From an uncultured Candidatus Entotheonella sp. (lineage in GTDB: Bacteria; Tectomicrobia; Entotheonellia; Entotheonellales; Entotheonellaceae), in assembly GCA_965217185.1 (NCBI GenBank), contig OZ244252.1:128001-192000 (forward strand): a stretch of DNA of 64,000 bases, read 5' to 3'. The notes under the pieces are model-generated. The model was given only the letters and a program-made list of their open reading frames with translations. It ran no database searches and was not told the DNA's origin. Shown here in pieces: positions 10,488 to 20,171 of this stretch. The translations under genes and the position numbers were made by a program. Every line of letters begins with the position of its first letter. Within the stretch, counting starts at the first letter, position 1.

Positions 10488-12242
10488 ATGAGCGCCCATT
10501 CCAAAATCGAATGGACCGACGCGACGTGGAACCCTCTGCGCGGTTGCACCAAGATCAGTCCTGGGTGCGCGCACTGTTACGCTGAATCATTCGCCGAGCG
10601 TTTCCGAGGGGTAGTGGGGCACCCCTATGAACAAGGGTTTGACTTGCGTCTTGTTCCTGAAAAATTGTCTGAACCCCTACGTTGGAAAAAGCCCAAGACG
10701 GTATTTGTCAATTCAATGAGCGACCTGTTCCACGAAAAGGTGCCGGACGCCTACATCCAGTTGGTTGTGGACGTGATGACTTTGGCCCCGTGGCATGTCT
10801 TTCAAGTATTGACCAAACGTGCCGACCGAATGAAGCGATTGCTCAGCACTGTTTTGCGACAGGCGGCAGACGCACCGCATATCTGGTGGGGTGTCAGTGT
10901 CGAAAACCGCCGGTACGGGCTACCACGGCTCACCGCCCTACAGCAGACGCCGGCGCGGGTACGATTTTTGTCCATTGAACCCCTGCTGGAGGACCTCGGA
11001 CAGATCGACTTGACCGGGATAGACTGGGTTATCGTCGGAGGGGAAAGCGGCATCGGGGCGCGTCCCATGCAGAAATCCTGGGTGACATCTCTACGCGGTC
11101 AATGCGCCGCGGCCCATGTTCCTTTCTTCTTCAAGCAGTGGGGGGGTGTTCAGAAAGCGAAAACAGGCCGTGCTCTCGACGGGCGATTCCATGATGATCA
11201 GCCACCTCGCCAAGCTCCCATTGTGCCAGGGGAGGCCGGGCGCCGTGCAGCGCTTGCCGCAGTGGAATCTCGCCGCATCATGGCAGGCCGGGATGGACGC
11301 GATCACTTACAGAAAGCGAGGTGGTGTGGTATGTCGAATAAAAACGATGATAAGACTCCCCTCCTGTTTCCACTACCAGAGCCAACATCAGCAGACACTG
11401 AGCCCAGGATAAAACCCCTGTCAGCACCTGTCTGGACGTCCAACAAGGCGTGTCTTATTGAGCGCTATTTGTATTACTTCATCCTCGTTACGAAGCATGG
11501 GACCTACATAGATGGTTTCGCGGGTCCACAAGAACCAGGCAGTGATGAAACGTGGGCTGCAGAACTTGTCCTGGAAAGCGAACCACGACTATTGCGGCAC
11601 TTTCACCTCTTCGACTCCCGTCAAGAACAAATCAGGCATCTATCCGACCTGAAAGAAGCCCAACCGCCGCCAAGGCGTGTGCAGCACCCAGGAAAAAAGG
11701 CATGGATGGAACCGAGGCGGACTATCACTATCCATGAGGGAGACTTCAACCAAGTTTTGCCAGATATTCTGCACGAAGGAACTATCAGGCAAGATAATGA
11801 GGCCATCTTCTGCCTCCTTGATCAACGCACCTTTGAATGCCATTGGGCAACAGTGGAAGCCTTGGCACGTTACAAGACGGCAGGAAACAAAATCGAGTTG
11901 TTCTACTTTTTGCCGAACGCTTGGCTTGGCCGGGCGCTTGCCAATCAAAAGAATGAGGGTCCAGTTTACGACTGGTGGGGCGGCGATGGATGGAAAAGAT
12001 GGCGCACCTTAACACCCGATGAACGCAAGAATTCGTTTGTAAAACGTTTCAAAGATGAATTGGGGTACTGGTCCGTGAAAGCGTGGCCGATTTATGAAAA
12101 GCAAGAAGGCGGAAGGACGATGTACTACATGATCCACGCTACGGATCACCCTGAAGCCCCCTTACTGATGGCACGGGCTTACGCAAATGCGGTAAATCCC
12201 AGAGAGTCGCCGGAGCAGCTTCTACTCGAATTAGGGCTATAA
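10488..12242 (+). CDS. DUF5131 (Gp37/Gp68 three-Cys) domain fused in frame to a TcmP-like (three-Cys-motif partner) domain
   Basis: N-half: IEWTDATWNP, CTKISPGCAHC, FVNSMSDLF, LTKR, VIVGGESG, FFFKQWG. C-half: K...IERYL, YIDGFAGP, GDFN, LLD, YYMIHAT. Possible internal start at 11331. Confidence 0.8.
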   Translation: MSAHSKIEWTDATWNPLRGCTKISPGCAHCYAESFAERFRGVVGHPYEQGFDLRLVPEKLSEPLRWKKPKTVFVNSMSDLFHEKVPDAYIQLVVDVMTLAPWHVFQVLTKRADRMKRLLSTVLRQAADAPHIWWGVSVENRRYGLPRLTALQQTPARVRFLSIEPLLEDLGQIDLTGIDWVIVGGESGIGARPMQKSWVTSLRGQCAAAHVPFFFKQWGGVQKAKTGRALDGRFHDDQPPRQAPIVPGEAGRRAALAAVESRRIMAGRDGRDHLQKARWCGMSNKNDDKTPLLFPLPEPTSADTEPRIKPLSAPVWTSNKACLIERYLYYFILVTKHGTYIDGFAGPQEPGSDETWAAELVLESEPRLLRHFHLFDSRQEQIRHLSDLKEAQPPPRRVQHPGKKAWMEPRRTITIHEGDFNQVLPDILHEGTIRQDNEAIFCLLDQRTFECHWATVEALARYKTAGNKIELFYFLPNAWLGRALANQKNEGPVYDWWGGDGWKRWRTLTPDERKNSFVKRFKDELGYWSVKAWPIYEKQEGGRTMYYMIHATDHPEAPLLMARAYANAVNPRESPEQLLLELGL

Positions 12243-12356
12243 AATGGCGACACTGAAGCTATACAACTGACGGTATCTCCTTATCATAGCCCACTGGGGG
12301 CATACGCTTTGGAATGTCCTGTCGCGCCTTGTCCCGCTGCAAGCCTTGCCGCTCAC

Positions 12357-15300
12357 TCAGGCTCCCCTGAACACCTCGCCAACCAACCGCTCCAATTGCG
12401 CAGCGACCCCATGCTCGGCAAGCGCCGAGCGGACCCGCGCGCGTGCCCTCGTAAAGTGCTCGTTTTCCTTCACCTCGACGGCGTTCGCAATCTCTTCCGC
12501 CGTCTTTGCGGCTTGGGCGAGTTCACCATGAAGCGGATTGCCGGCGTCGAACCGGGGAATCGGCAGATTGAACACGTACTTGTCGAAATGCCGCGCTCCC
12601 CATTGACCTTGAACTTGAAACTGTTCAACGCCGGACCGTAGCGCTTCGCTGTTGAGAATGCCGCAGAGATATCTGGCTTCCTCCAGGCTTTCGACGGCGG
12701 CCCAGTAAAGCATGTGGTCAATGATCGCTGTCGATTTCTGAATGGCACACGCCGCAAGATTGGTACCAGCCTTCGTATACACAACGCGGACCGCCGCCGT
12801 CGGAAACTGGCAGGACAGTTTCCCATAGTAATCGCATTGTTCCAGAAAGCTTATTGGGCTTCGCTTGTGCTGCTTCCAAAGCGCCTCGGTCTTTTCGAGC
12901 CATTGCGCAAGCTCCAAATGCCCTCGCTCCCCCGCCGTTTTGGCATCCATCAATTGTTGCCTGGGTGCAACCCTGGTGTGGATGTCCAGATCAAGGTTCG
13001 TTCCGTGCCCCTCTATATCCCAGGGGATGACCGCTTGTTGCGACGTGAGAACACGGAATGGGGCGATAGATTCCCCAAGCAGCACCGGGTACAGGAAATC
13101 CTTCTTGACTCTGCCTCGCGGTGGTTCCACGGTTTTCCAAGGTTCTTTGTCCTGCGCTCCCGTTCGCCCGCGAATCATCGGAATCTCGGGATTGGGCGGC
13201 AGCACTCCCGGCATCGGCGCCGGTTCAACGAGAACCAGACGCCGAGGAAAAAGGGTTGCGCCATTACGAAATACACTTCGATAGGGTGAGCCGTCTTGAT
13301 TGGAGGCTTCCGCGGGCCAAGGCGCTGTCGTTGCGCTCAGATGCGCGTCCGCTTCCTGTGCGCTGGCATTGCGTCTCGGCAACGTTCCGGCAAATGCCTG
13401 CACCTGAGCAGGCAACGACGCAGCCGCCGAAGCGTCATGAACCTCGGCGAACAACACGCAACTCGGCACCGGGAAGAGCGGTTGCACCGCCGGTCCGAAT
13501 GTCCATGCCTCGGTGAAGCGCAGCCGAAACTCGACGTGACCGGAGCGTTTTACTTCGCCCTTACGGAACAACGCCCAGGCTTGGCGTGACAGCGCGGCGT
13601 ATGGCATGACCAAGGCAATCCGCCCCGTACGGCGCAGATACAACAACGCCGCCCGCACGTGGAAATAGCCTGCAAGGTCCTGCTGGGTCGCCACCTTGCC
13701 GCCCACCCAGAGCCCGGCGGCTTGGCATTCGTTTCGGAAGCGTTTCTTGAACTCCCCGCTCATGAACCGATAGGACACCCAGGGCGGGTTGCCGATCACG
13801 ACGTCGGCCTTCTGAGCCTCGGAAGCCAACCAGACGGGCCGGGGGGCCAGATTGCGGGCCACGTATCCCCAGATGTGATTGCGACCCTCCCCTTGCAAGC
13901 GGCGCATCACGCCGTAGGTCTCTCGAAGAACAAGCCTGTCCGCAGGCGAGGCGACTCTCTCCCGGTCCATCCAGGCGGAGAAATTGGCCGGCGGCTCCGG
14001 GCGCTCGCCAAAGTGGATCATGTTGTTGAGGATGCGGTCGAAAAGCAGGGCGTCGGCGGCAACCGCGGTGGGAAAACGCAGCGTCGCCGGGGGCAGGCGT
14101 TGCGGCTCCGGCTCCGTCACCTCAATGGCAGGAACGAATATCTCCAGCATCTCGTCACTGGCAAGGAAGTCGGGCTGGTCGCCTTTTTCGGCAGGCTGTG
14201 TCAAATCCCATTGCAGGGCGTTGCCCAGATAGACCGGCAACGCAATATCGCCCGGATGTTTCTGGCGCAGCGCCGGCATGAGCGCCAGCAGGTAGGTGAC
14301 CCGTGCGAAGATGACGGCAACGGGGTGAATGTCGATCCCGGCGATCTTTTCGACCGCCTTGCGCGCCGCTGCCACTGGTGACAGGCCCGCGGCATCCGCC
14401 GCGCCGAGCACGGCACGCACCAGATGGAACAGGAACGTGCCCGAGCCACAGGCCGGGTCCATCACACGTTGCTCAAGTGGGGAATCTACGGTAGCCGCCA
14501 CCATGCGGGCGGCGAGCCAATCCGGGGTGTAGTACTCGCCGAGGTCATGACGGGTTTCGGGGTCGATCAGGCTTTCGTAAAGGGCTTTGAGGATATCCAT
14601 GCGGATATCCTGCAAGCGGAACCGGTTGACGTGCCGCGAAATCCGCAGCACCAAGTCCTTGCCGGCAGCGTCGGCCAGCGGCCAGTCGAAGAAATCCGGC
14701 TCGCTCTGTCCGCTGATCCCGGCGTCCGTGAACGCGGCGCCGTGAAGCAGGGCCTCAGCGTCCTGCGCCGGGGTCTCGATCAACGCTGCCCAGGCAACTG
14801 CCTTGGCAATTACGGCAAGGTAGGTATGTTGCAGGAATAGGGCGTCGTCACTGACTTGAGCGCCATAGGCAAGGCCCAGAAGGTTTTCCCATAGGTGCCG
14901 CTTCAAGAGCGCTTCCGGCGCGGCGCCGAGAGCGGCCCAGAGTCTGCCGAGGTCATCGAGGGCGCGCCGGGCGGCCAGGCTGTTGCGCCCGAACTCGCGC
15001 GTGATGGTGTCCGGATCGGGCAGCAAGCTGTCGCCGACGGCTACGGCGCCCTGCAACCAAGCCAACAACTCTTGAGGAGCCGACGGGTCCGTGCGGCGGG
15101 CGTTGACTTCAACGACGTGGTCGTTCTTGAGAAAGTAGGCGATGAAGTCGGCGCCGTCGGTGGCGATGCCGACATACCGCTCGCCGGTTTGGCCCTCGCG
15201 TTCCGTGAGGTATCGCGTTAGCCCTTCTTCAGCGTCCCTGCGTTCGCGGTTCAGATCGGACTTCAACTCGAACACGGTCCGGCCGAGCAGGGCGTCGATA

Positions 15301-15461
15301 CGTCCATGGACTTCGGGTACTGACTTCTCAAAGTCGATGTCCCGGCTGTCAGCGCCGAGCCCATCGACAAGAAGGCGGTGGAGCAACGCACGGACTTTTT
15401 CGTGACCGGGCCGGGTCGCCAGTTCCAAAACCAGTTCGGCCCTTTCTTCGGGCGTCAGCAC
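12357..15461 (-). CDS. Type IIG/IIL-like fused restriction endonuclease / N6-adenine methyltransferase
   Basis: N-terminal RIDA..FELK nuclease motif; LGEYYTPDWLA, DPACGSGTF, IGNPPW; C-terminal TRD-like region. Confidence 0.85.
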   Translation of the reverse strand: MLTPEERAELVLELATRPGHEKVRALLHRLLVDGLGADSRDIDFEKSVPEVHGRIDALLGRTVFELKSDLNRERRDAEEGLTRYLTEREGQTGERYVGIATDGADFIAYFLKNDHVVEVNARRTDPSAPQELLAWLQGAVAVGDSLLPDPDTITREFGRNSLAARRALDDLGRLWAALGAAPEALLKRHLWENLLGLAYGAQVSDDALFLQHTYLAVIAKAVAWAALIETPAQDAEALLHGAAFTDAGISGQSEPDFFDWPLADAAGKDLVLRISRHVNRFRLQDIRMDILKALYESLIDPETRHDLGEYYTPDWLAARMVAATVDSPLEQRVMDPACGSGTFLFHLVRAVLGAADAAGLSPVAAARKAVEKIAGIDIHPVAVIFARVTYLLALMPALRQKHPGDIALPVYLGNALQWDLTQPAEKGDQPDFLASDEMLEIFVPAIEVTEPEPQRLPPATLRFPTAVAADALLFDRILNNMIHFGERPEPPANFSAWMDRERVASPADRLVLRETYGVMRRLQGEGRNHIWGYVARNLAPRPVWLASEAQKADVVIGNPPWVSYRFMSGEFKKRFRNECQAAGLWVGGKVATQQDLAGYFHVRAALLYLRRTGRIALVMPYAALSRQAWALFRKGEVKRSGHVEFRLRFTEAWTFGPAVQPLFPVPSCVLFAEVHDASAAASLPAQVQAFAGTLPRRNASAQEADAHLSATTAPWPAEASNQDGSPYRSVFRNGATLFPRRLVLVEPAPMPGVLPPNPEIPMIRGRTGAQDKEPWKTVEPPRGRVKKDFLYPVLLGESIAPFRVLTSQQAVIPWDIEGHGTNLDLDIHTRVAPRQQLMDAKTAGERGHLELAQWLEKTEALWKQHKRSPISFLEQCDYYGKLSCQFPTAAVRVVYTKAGTNLAACAIQKSTAIIDHMLYWAAVESLEEARYLCGILNSEALRSGVEQFQVQGQWGARHFDKYVFNLPIPRFDAGNPLHGELAQAAKTAEEIANAVEVKENEHFTRARARVRSALAEHGVAAQLERLVGEVFRGA

Positions 15462-15652
15462 GTAAATTCCTCAGTGTAGGGCTACCGATCCGATAGCGTT
15501 ACACCAGCGTACAGTTTTGGGGGCAACCGGTAACCGGCATGCTCGCCGGGGCAATCTACTATTGATAAACAGGGAAGTAAATTGCGTGTGTCTGCGGCCC
15601 TGCCGGAGTCAGGGCGAGCGCATATGAGAGTTGCCACGCGTTCGAACGTGAA

Positions 15653-15818
15653 TGTAGGTTGGGTTAGCCGCAGGCGTAACCCGACGTTCCGACGCGCTGT
15701 CCCCCGATTTTGTCGGATTACGCTTCGCTAATCCGACCTACAGCTACAGCTGCCGGGACGTCATGTCGGGCTTGACCCCGGATCAAGTCCGGGGTGACGT
15801 TCTTTCGCCGGAATGACG
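15653..15818. repeat. REP cluster: inverted GTAG-REP pair plus CCCCGGATCAAGTCCGGGG-type palindrome
   Basis: GTAGGTTGGGTTAGCCGCAGGCGTAACCCGAC (15654) faces GTCGGATTACGCTTCGCTAATCCGACCTAC (15712); nested palindromes at 15759-15818. Confidence 0.75.
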
Positions 15819-15890
15819 CTACGCCGGATGGCGCCATATGCGCTTACCCTGTTGCCGGAGTGTCGGCAAGCCCCCGAAGGACGCTCCGCG

Positions 15891-16029
15891 TTCACCCCGC
15901 CGCCGACCGACACGGTGATGCCATCGGCGTCATTGCTCCCCTTGAGGTAGAGCAGGGAAGGGAGCCCAACGGCGTGGCCTTGCTCGACACCAATGTCGAT
16001 GCGGTCCGAACCGACATAACGGTGCCGCG
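15891..16029 (-). pseudogene. Duplicated 3' fragment of the PhzF-family gene
   Basis: Ungapped match to 9381-9519 with 12 mismatches in 139 nt by manual alignment. Confidence 0.85.
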
Positions 16030-16075
16030 GGAACTCCCGGAGAACCATCAGTCGAAAGGTTCGGTGCTGGTTCTA

Positions 16076-16468
16076 TCATCTGTGCAAAGGAAGCACGAGG
16101 TGCATGTTGAGGCCAGGTAAGTAAACATATGGAGGGTACACATAGGGCGTGTGGTGATGCCAGGGTCGATGATGGCGGCGGGGCCTGTGACCGCGCACGT
16201 GGTGCTCATTCCGGCGAGGGGCTTGCCGGTGATGTCTGCGTCTATCAGGCCCGGCCCAATGACGTCGGTGCCCTTGATGGCTACGCCAGCGAGGGCCGCG
16301 TCCATGGTGTCCGTGCCGCTGATGCCCGCGCCAGTGCGGTCCGTGCCCATGATGCACGTGCTTGTATTGTGCGGCCTGTTTTCGCGGGCTTGCGGGTGCC
16401 GTCATGGGTATCGTGAGGAGGAACGCCAGGCAGGCAATGACCAGTCCGTAGAGTCGTTTCCGTGACAT
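16076..16468 (-). CDS. Secreted His/Arg/Gly-rich low-complexity protein
   Basis: Signal-peptide-like N-terminus, repeated G-P-x-W-R-x-H-Q units, strong RBS (AAGGAGAG). Confidence 0.65.
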   Translation of the reverse strand: MSRKRLYGLVIACLAFLLTIPMTAPASPRKQAAQYKHVHHGHGPHWRGHQRHGHHGRGPRWRSHQGHRRHWAGPDRRRHHRQAPRRNEHHVRGHRPRRHHRPWHHHTPYVYPPYVYLPGLNMHLVLPLHR

Positions 16469-16652
16469 GTCTCTCTCCTTCTTGGATGATGAGGCCGAGC
16501 GGCTTGGCTGCCGTATCTGAAAAGGGAGTTCCCCACGTCACAAGAGGCGTCGCTGAAAACCTGGAGAAATTTTTTTCTTCAACAAAAATAGCCGGTTAGA
16601 GCATTAATTTTTTCTCTATGACGTTTCCGGATATCTCGGGGGACTACGTCGT

Positions 16653-17222
16653 ATGGATTGGAACGCGCAGCAGGCTTGTGACGACGACGTGCGGCGCGCC
16701 CTGGCATCCGGAGCATTTCATCAAGCCCTGGAAACACTCGTGCAAGGGTATCAGCGAGCGGTTGTTGGCTTCTGCGTCAACATGGTCGGCGACATCCACC
16801 ACGGTGAGGATATCGCGCAGGACGTGTTTCTGGCTGTGTACAAAGCCATGCCTCGCTTCCGTCAGCAGGCTTCTGTTCGTACCTGGCTGTTTGCCATTGC
16901 GCGTCGCCAGTGTCTCAAGGCCATGCGAGATCGCCGCCGCCGGCACCGCCTGGAGCACGAACGACAAGAAACGATCGCTGCGACGGCGCACCGCAATGTT
17001 CCAGAAGCGCCCGAGGATGATCCGGAACGGCAACTCCAGCTTGTCAAGCAGGGACTCGCACGCCTCGGCAAACACGAGCGGGCTCTCCTTCTGATGCGTT
17101 ATGATACCGGACTCCTGCTTACCGACATGGCCCATATCCTCGGGATATCCGAGGCGAGCGTACGGCGGCGCCTGGCACGGGCGCTGCAACATTTGCGGGA
17201 GGTCCTGAACGATGCGGCATGA
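16653..17222 (+). CDS. ECF-type sigma-70 factor
   Basis: Region 2 EDIAQDVFL..TWLFAIAR; region 4 MAHILGISEASVRRRLARA. Confidence 0.92.
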   Translation: MDWNAQQACDDDVRRALASGAFHQALETLVQGYQRAVVGFCVNMVGDIHHGEDIAQDVFLAVYKAMPRFRQQASVRTWLFAIARRQCLKAMRDRRRRHRLEHERQETIAATAHRNVPEAPEDDPERQLQLVKQGLARLGKHERALLLMRYDTGLLLTDMAHILGISEASVRRRLARALQHLREVLNDAA

Positions 17223-17967
17223 TGAATTTGAGCAGCACGAGCGGGCGGCCCGCGACGTCATACACGCCATAGGCCGCGCATCGGATGACATCCAGGTGCC
17301 GCCCTATTTTGCGGCACAGGTGATGGCCAAGGCGAAGTCCTTGTCGTCGCCTCGTTCCGTCTATTTCCATTGGCGCAGCGTGGCGTTGACCTGGATATCG
17401 TCCAGGCGGTTCAGAGTCGCCATGGCGCTGGTCTTCGTCCTCGCCCTGAGCGGCGCAATCCCGCAGTATGCCACGTGGTTCAAGGCCTTTACCGCCGGAG
17501 TCCCCTCGACGACGCTGCATATGGCGCTTGAGCAAGAACGGTTGTGGGAAAAGAATTTCACTTGCGCCACCCAACTCGATCAGAACTCCAAGGATTACGC
17601 GGCCATCACGGGTGACAACGTGCACGTCGTGGTGTGGGCCTGTCCTTCGGGCGACGTGCTCATCACCACGGAGTCGCCGCAGGAAACCACCTCACTACGC
17701 AGCGTCTGGGTACCGCTGGCCCCTTCGCTGCGCGGGGCAAGTCCGTGGCCACCGCTGGTCCGGCAAGCCCTTGCCGCCGCCCAGCGCTTGCCCGCAGGCT
17801 GGCGGGTGGACCAAATCACCCAGGTTCTGTGCCAGAAATGGCTCCGTGACAAACGCATTCTGCGCCGGGTCAGACTTGCGGATGGCAGTTGCCGGGACGA
17901 GGTCATCAACACGCGAACGGGCAGGGTGGTGCGAAGTCGTCCGGCGCCCTGCGACCCGCAGTGCTAG
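17212..17967 (+). CDS. Putative membrane-anchored anti-sigma factor
   Basis: Overlaps the ECF stop; one TM segment; Cys-containing C-terminal domain. Confidence 0.6.
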   Translation: MRHDEFEQHERAARDVIHAIGRASDDIQVPPYFAAQVMAKAKSLSSPRSVYFHWRSVALTWISSRRFRVAMALVFVLALSGAIPQYATWFKAFTAGVPSTTLHMALEQERLWEKNFTCATQLDQNSKDYAAITGDNVHVVVWACPSGDVLITTESPQETTSLRSVWVPLAPSLRGASPWPPLVRQALAAAQRLPAGWRVDQITQVLCQKWLRDKRILRRVRLADGSCRDEVINTRTGRVVRSRPAPCDPQC

Positions 17968-18026
17968 CGCTGGCAAGGCGGGCGTCCTGACCGCTTGTTT
18001 TCTTTCTCAAACCGACGGGAGCACGC

Positions 18027-18911
18027 ATGGATTCAGTGGAACGACAGCAGCGTATTTTCGATGAGACCGACGCCGCGGCTTGGGTGGAAAGCGGTATGAC
18101 GATTGCCGTCGGTTCGCCACCCCCGATGGCTCTTTTGCGGCAACTCATCCGGCGCGGCGTCAGCGATCTTACGGTCATCGACAGCGGCCTGTCGCTCGAC
18201 TTGCTTATTGCGGCCGGCTGCGTCCGCAAAGTGGTGAGCTACTACGCCGGCGGGGGTTTCGGCGTGGCGGTGGCGCCGTCGTTTCGGCGTGCCGTGGAGC
18301 AGGGCGAGATCGAGGTGTGGGAGTGTGAAGAGGGCATTCTGGCGACGGGCCTTCAGGCCGCCGCTCAGGCGCTGCCGTTTCTGCCCTGGCGTGGCGGCGT
18401 CGGTACGTCGCTGCCGCAGGTCAATCCTGACCTGAAGATCATGGCCGACCCCATCAGCGGCGAAACCCTGATCGCCGTGCCGCCGGTCAAGCCCGACGTC
18501 ACCCTGCTGCACGCCGCTGCCGCCGACCCGTACGGCAACGTACAGCACCTCGGCGGGCCGGGCTGGCTTGACCTGTTTTTGCACCGCGCCGCCGACCGCA
18601 CGATTGTGCAGGTGGAACGCATCATCGCCAACGAGGACACCCGCGCCAACCCGTGGGCGACCACCATTCCGAGCGTCGATGCCGTCGTCCGGGCGCCCTA
18701 CGGCGCGCACCCCTATTACAGCCGCGGCTTCTACGTGCAGGACCAGGACCATCTGCAAGCCTACGTGGCGGCTGCCAACACGGCGGCGCGCGAGAACCGT
18801 CCCGATGGTTTGGCGCGATACTTGGCCACCTATTGCCGCGAGCCGGCAACCCACGCCGATTACCTGGAGCGCGTCGGCATCAAGCGCCTGCTCTCCCTGT
18901 ATGAGTATTGA
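18027..18911 (+). CDS. CoA-transferase subunit A (glutaconate CoA-transferase-like)
   Basis: DLLIAAGCVRKV, GVGTSL, PDVTLLHA..AD.YGN and VVRAPYGAHP. Confidence 0.88.
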   Translation: MDSVERQQRIFDETDAAAWVESGMTIAVGSPPPMALLRQLIRRGVSDLTVIDSGLSLDLLIAAGCVRKVVSYYAGGGFGVAVAPSFRRAVEQGEIEVWECEEGILATGLQAAAQALPFLPWRGGVGTSLPQVNPDLKIMADPISGETLIAVPPVKPDVTLLHAAAADPYGNVQHLGGPGWLDLFLHRAADRTIVQVERIIANEDTRANPWATTIPSVDAVVRAPYGAHPYYSRGFYVQDQDHLQAYVAAANTAARENRPDGLARYLATYCREPATHADYLERVGIKRLLSLYEY

Positions 18912-18925
18912 AACGCGAGGAAGAC

Positions 18926-19729
18926 ATGTCACAAGACTATACGCCGCAGGAACTGATGGCTGTGTTTATCGCGCGCGACCTGCGCGACGGCGAGGTGCTG
19001 CGCGTCGGGGTGGCAATGCCGGTGGTGGAGGCCGCTGTACGTCTGGCGCACGTGATGCACGGTCCGAACATGGAACTGATCTTTCTCGGCACGCGCATGA
19101 ACGTGGCGCATTTGCACAACCTGCCGATGCCGGCATTCGGCTGGGACCGCCGCGTGGTGCGCTGGGCGGAATCCTACAGCGATACGGGGCATCGCTTCGA
19201 CCGGGTGAAGGATTGGCACAAGCACGTGTTCTTCATCGGCGGGGTGCAGGTGGACCGCTTCGGCAACAGCAATTTGATCGGCGTCGGGCCGGATTATCGC
19301 CATCTGCATTTTCGCGGGCCGGGACCGGTGGGCACGGCGACGCTGACGACACACGTCGGGCGCTACTACATCGTGCTCAATTCTCATACGCCGCGCACGC
19401 TGGTTGAGCGTTGCGACTACGTCAGCGCCTTCGGATGGGGGACAGGCGGGGCGGATGCGCGCCAGCAACTCGGCCTGCCGGGCGGCGGCCCGAAGTATTG
19501 CGTGACGCCGTTGTGCGTGATGGACTTCGCCGAGGACGACAAGCACATGCGCTTGCACGCCTTGCACCCGGGTGTTTCGCAGGCCAACGTGCAGGCCCGG
19601 ACCGGCTTTGACCTCACGACGCCGGAACCCGTTCCCGCCACCCCGCAGCCCACACCGGAGGAACTGCACCTGCTGCGCACACGGGTTGATCTCGCTGGTC
19701 TGCTGCGCCGCTCAACCAAGGGGGAGTGA
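18926..19729 (+). CDS. CoA-transferase subunit B
   Basis: FIGGVQVDRFGNSN, VTPLCVMDF and LHPGVS...V...TGF. Confidence 0.88.
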   Translation: MSQDYTPQELMAVFIARDLRDGEVLRVGVAMPVVEAAVRLAHVMHGPNMELIFLGTRMNVAHLHNLPMPAFGWDRRVVRWAESYSDTGHRFDRVKDWHKHVFFIGGVQVDRFGNSNLIGVGPDYRHLHFRGPGPVGTATLTTHVGRYYIVLNSHTPRTLVERCDYVSAFGWGTGGADARQQLGLPGGGPKYCVTPLCVMDFAEDDKHMRLHALHPGVSQANVQARTGFDLTTPEPVPATPQPTPEELHLLRTRVDLAGLLRRSTKGE

Positions 19730-19730
19730 C

Positions 19731-20114
19731 ATGGCGGAAGAATTTGTCCGTAGGGGGCATTTCGAGGAATACACCGTCCGCATGGACGAGCGCTTTCTGA
19801 GCGTCGAGAAGCGTATGGAACAGGGCTTTTCCCATGCTGAAAAAGCGCGGGAACAGAACGTTGTTCATCTCAATCAGCGTTTCGACGATATGAAAGAGCA
19901 CTTCAACCAACGCTTCGACGACCTGAAGGAGAGCTTCAACCAGCGCTTCGATAGTCTGAAGGAGAGCATTGATCAGCGCTTTGACAGCGTCAACCAGCGT
20001 ATTGATGATCTGCGCTCTGACATTCGCGGTCTGCGAACGTTGATTCTGGGACTGCACACCCCCGTTGTCCTTGCCATTTTGGGAGCGGCGGTGAAGTACC
20101 TATTTTTCCAATAG
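19731..20114 (+). CDS. Coiled-coil 11-residue-repeat protein with C-terminal TM helix (Bdr/DUF1640-like)
   Basis: Repeats such as NQRFDDLKESF encoded by 33-bp tandem units at ~19870-20010; hydrophobic C-terminus. Confidence 0.7.
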   Translation: MAEEFVRRGHFEEYTVRMDERFLSVEKRMEQGFSHAEKAREQNVVHLNQRFDDMKEHFNQRFDDLKESFNQRFDSLKESIDQRFDSVNQRIDDLRSDIRGLRTLILGLHTPVVLAILGAAVKYLFFQ

Positions 20115-20171
20115 CCGCCGTAGACCATCCACCGCTGACGTTCTCCTCAGTCCGCGTAGTCCGACATGCTT

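Noticed and set aside
19870..20010. 33-bp periodic repeats as a possible CRISPR array
   Set aside because: Tandem coding repeats without unique spacers; the same holds at 44150-44720. No cas operon is present.
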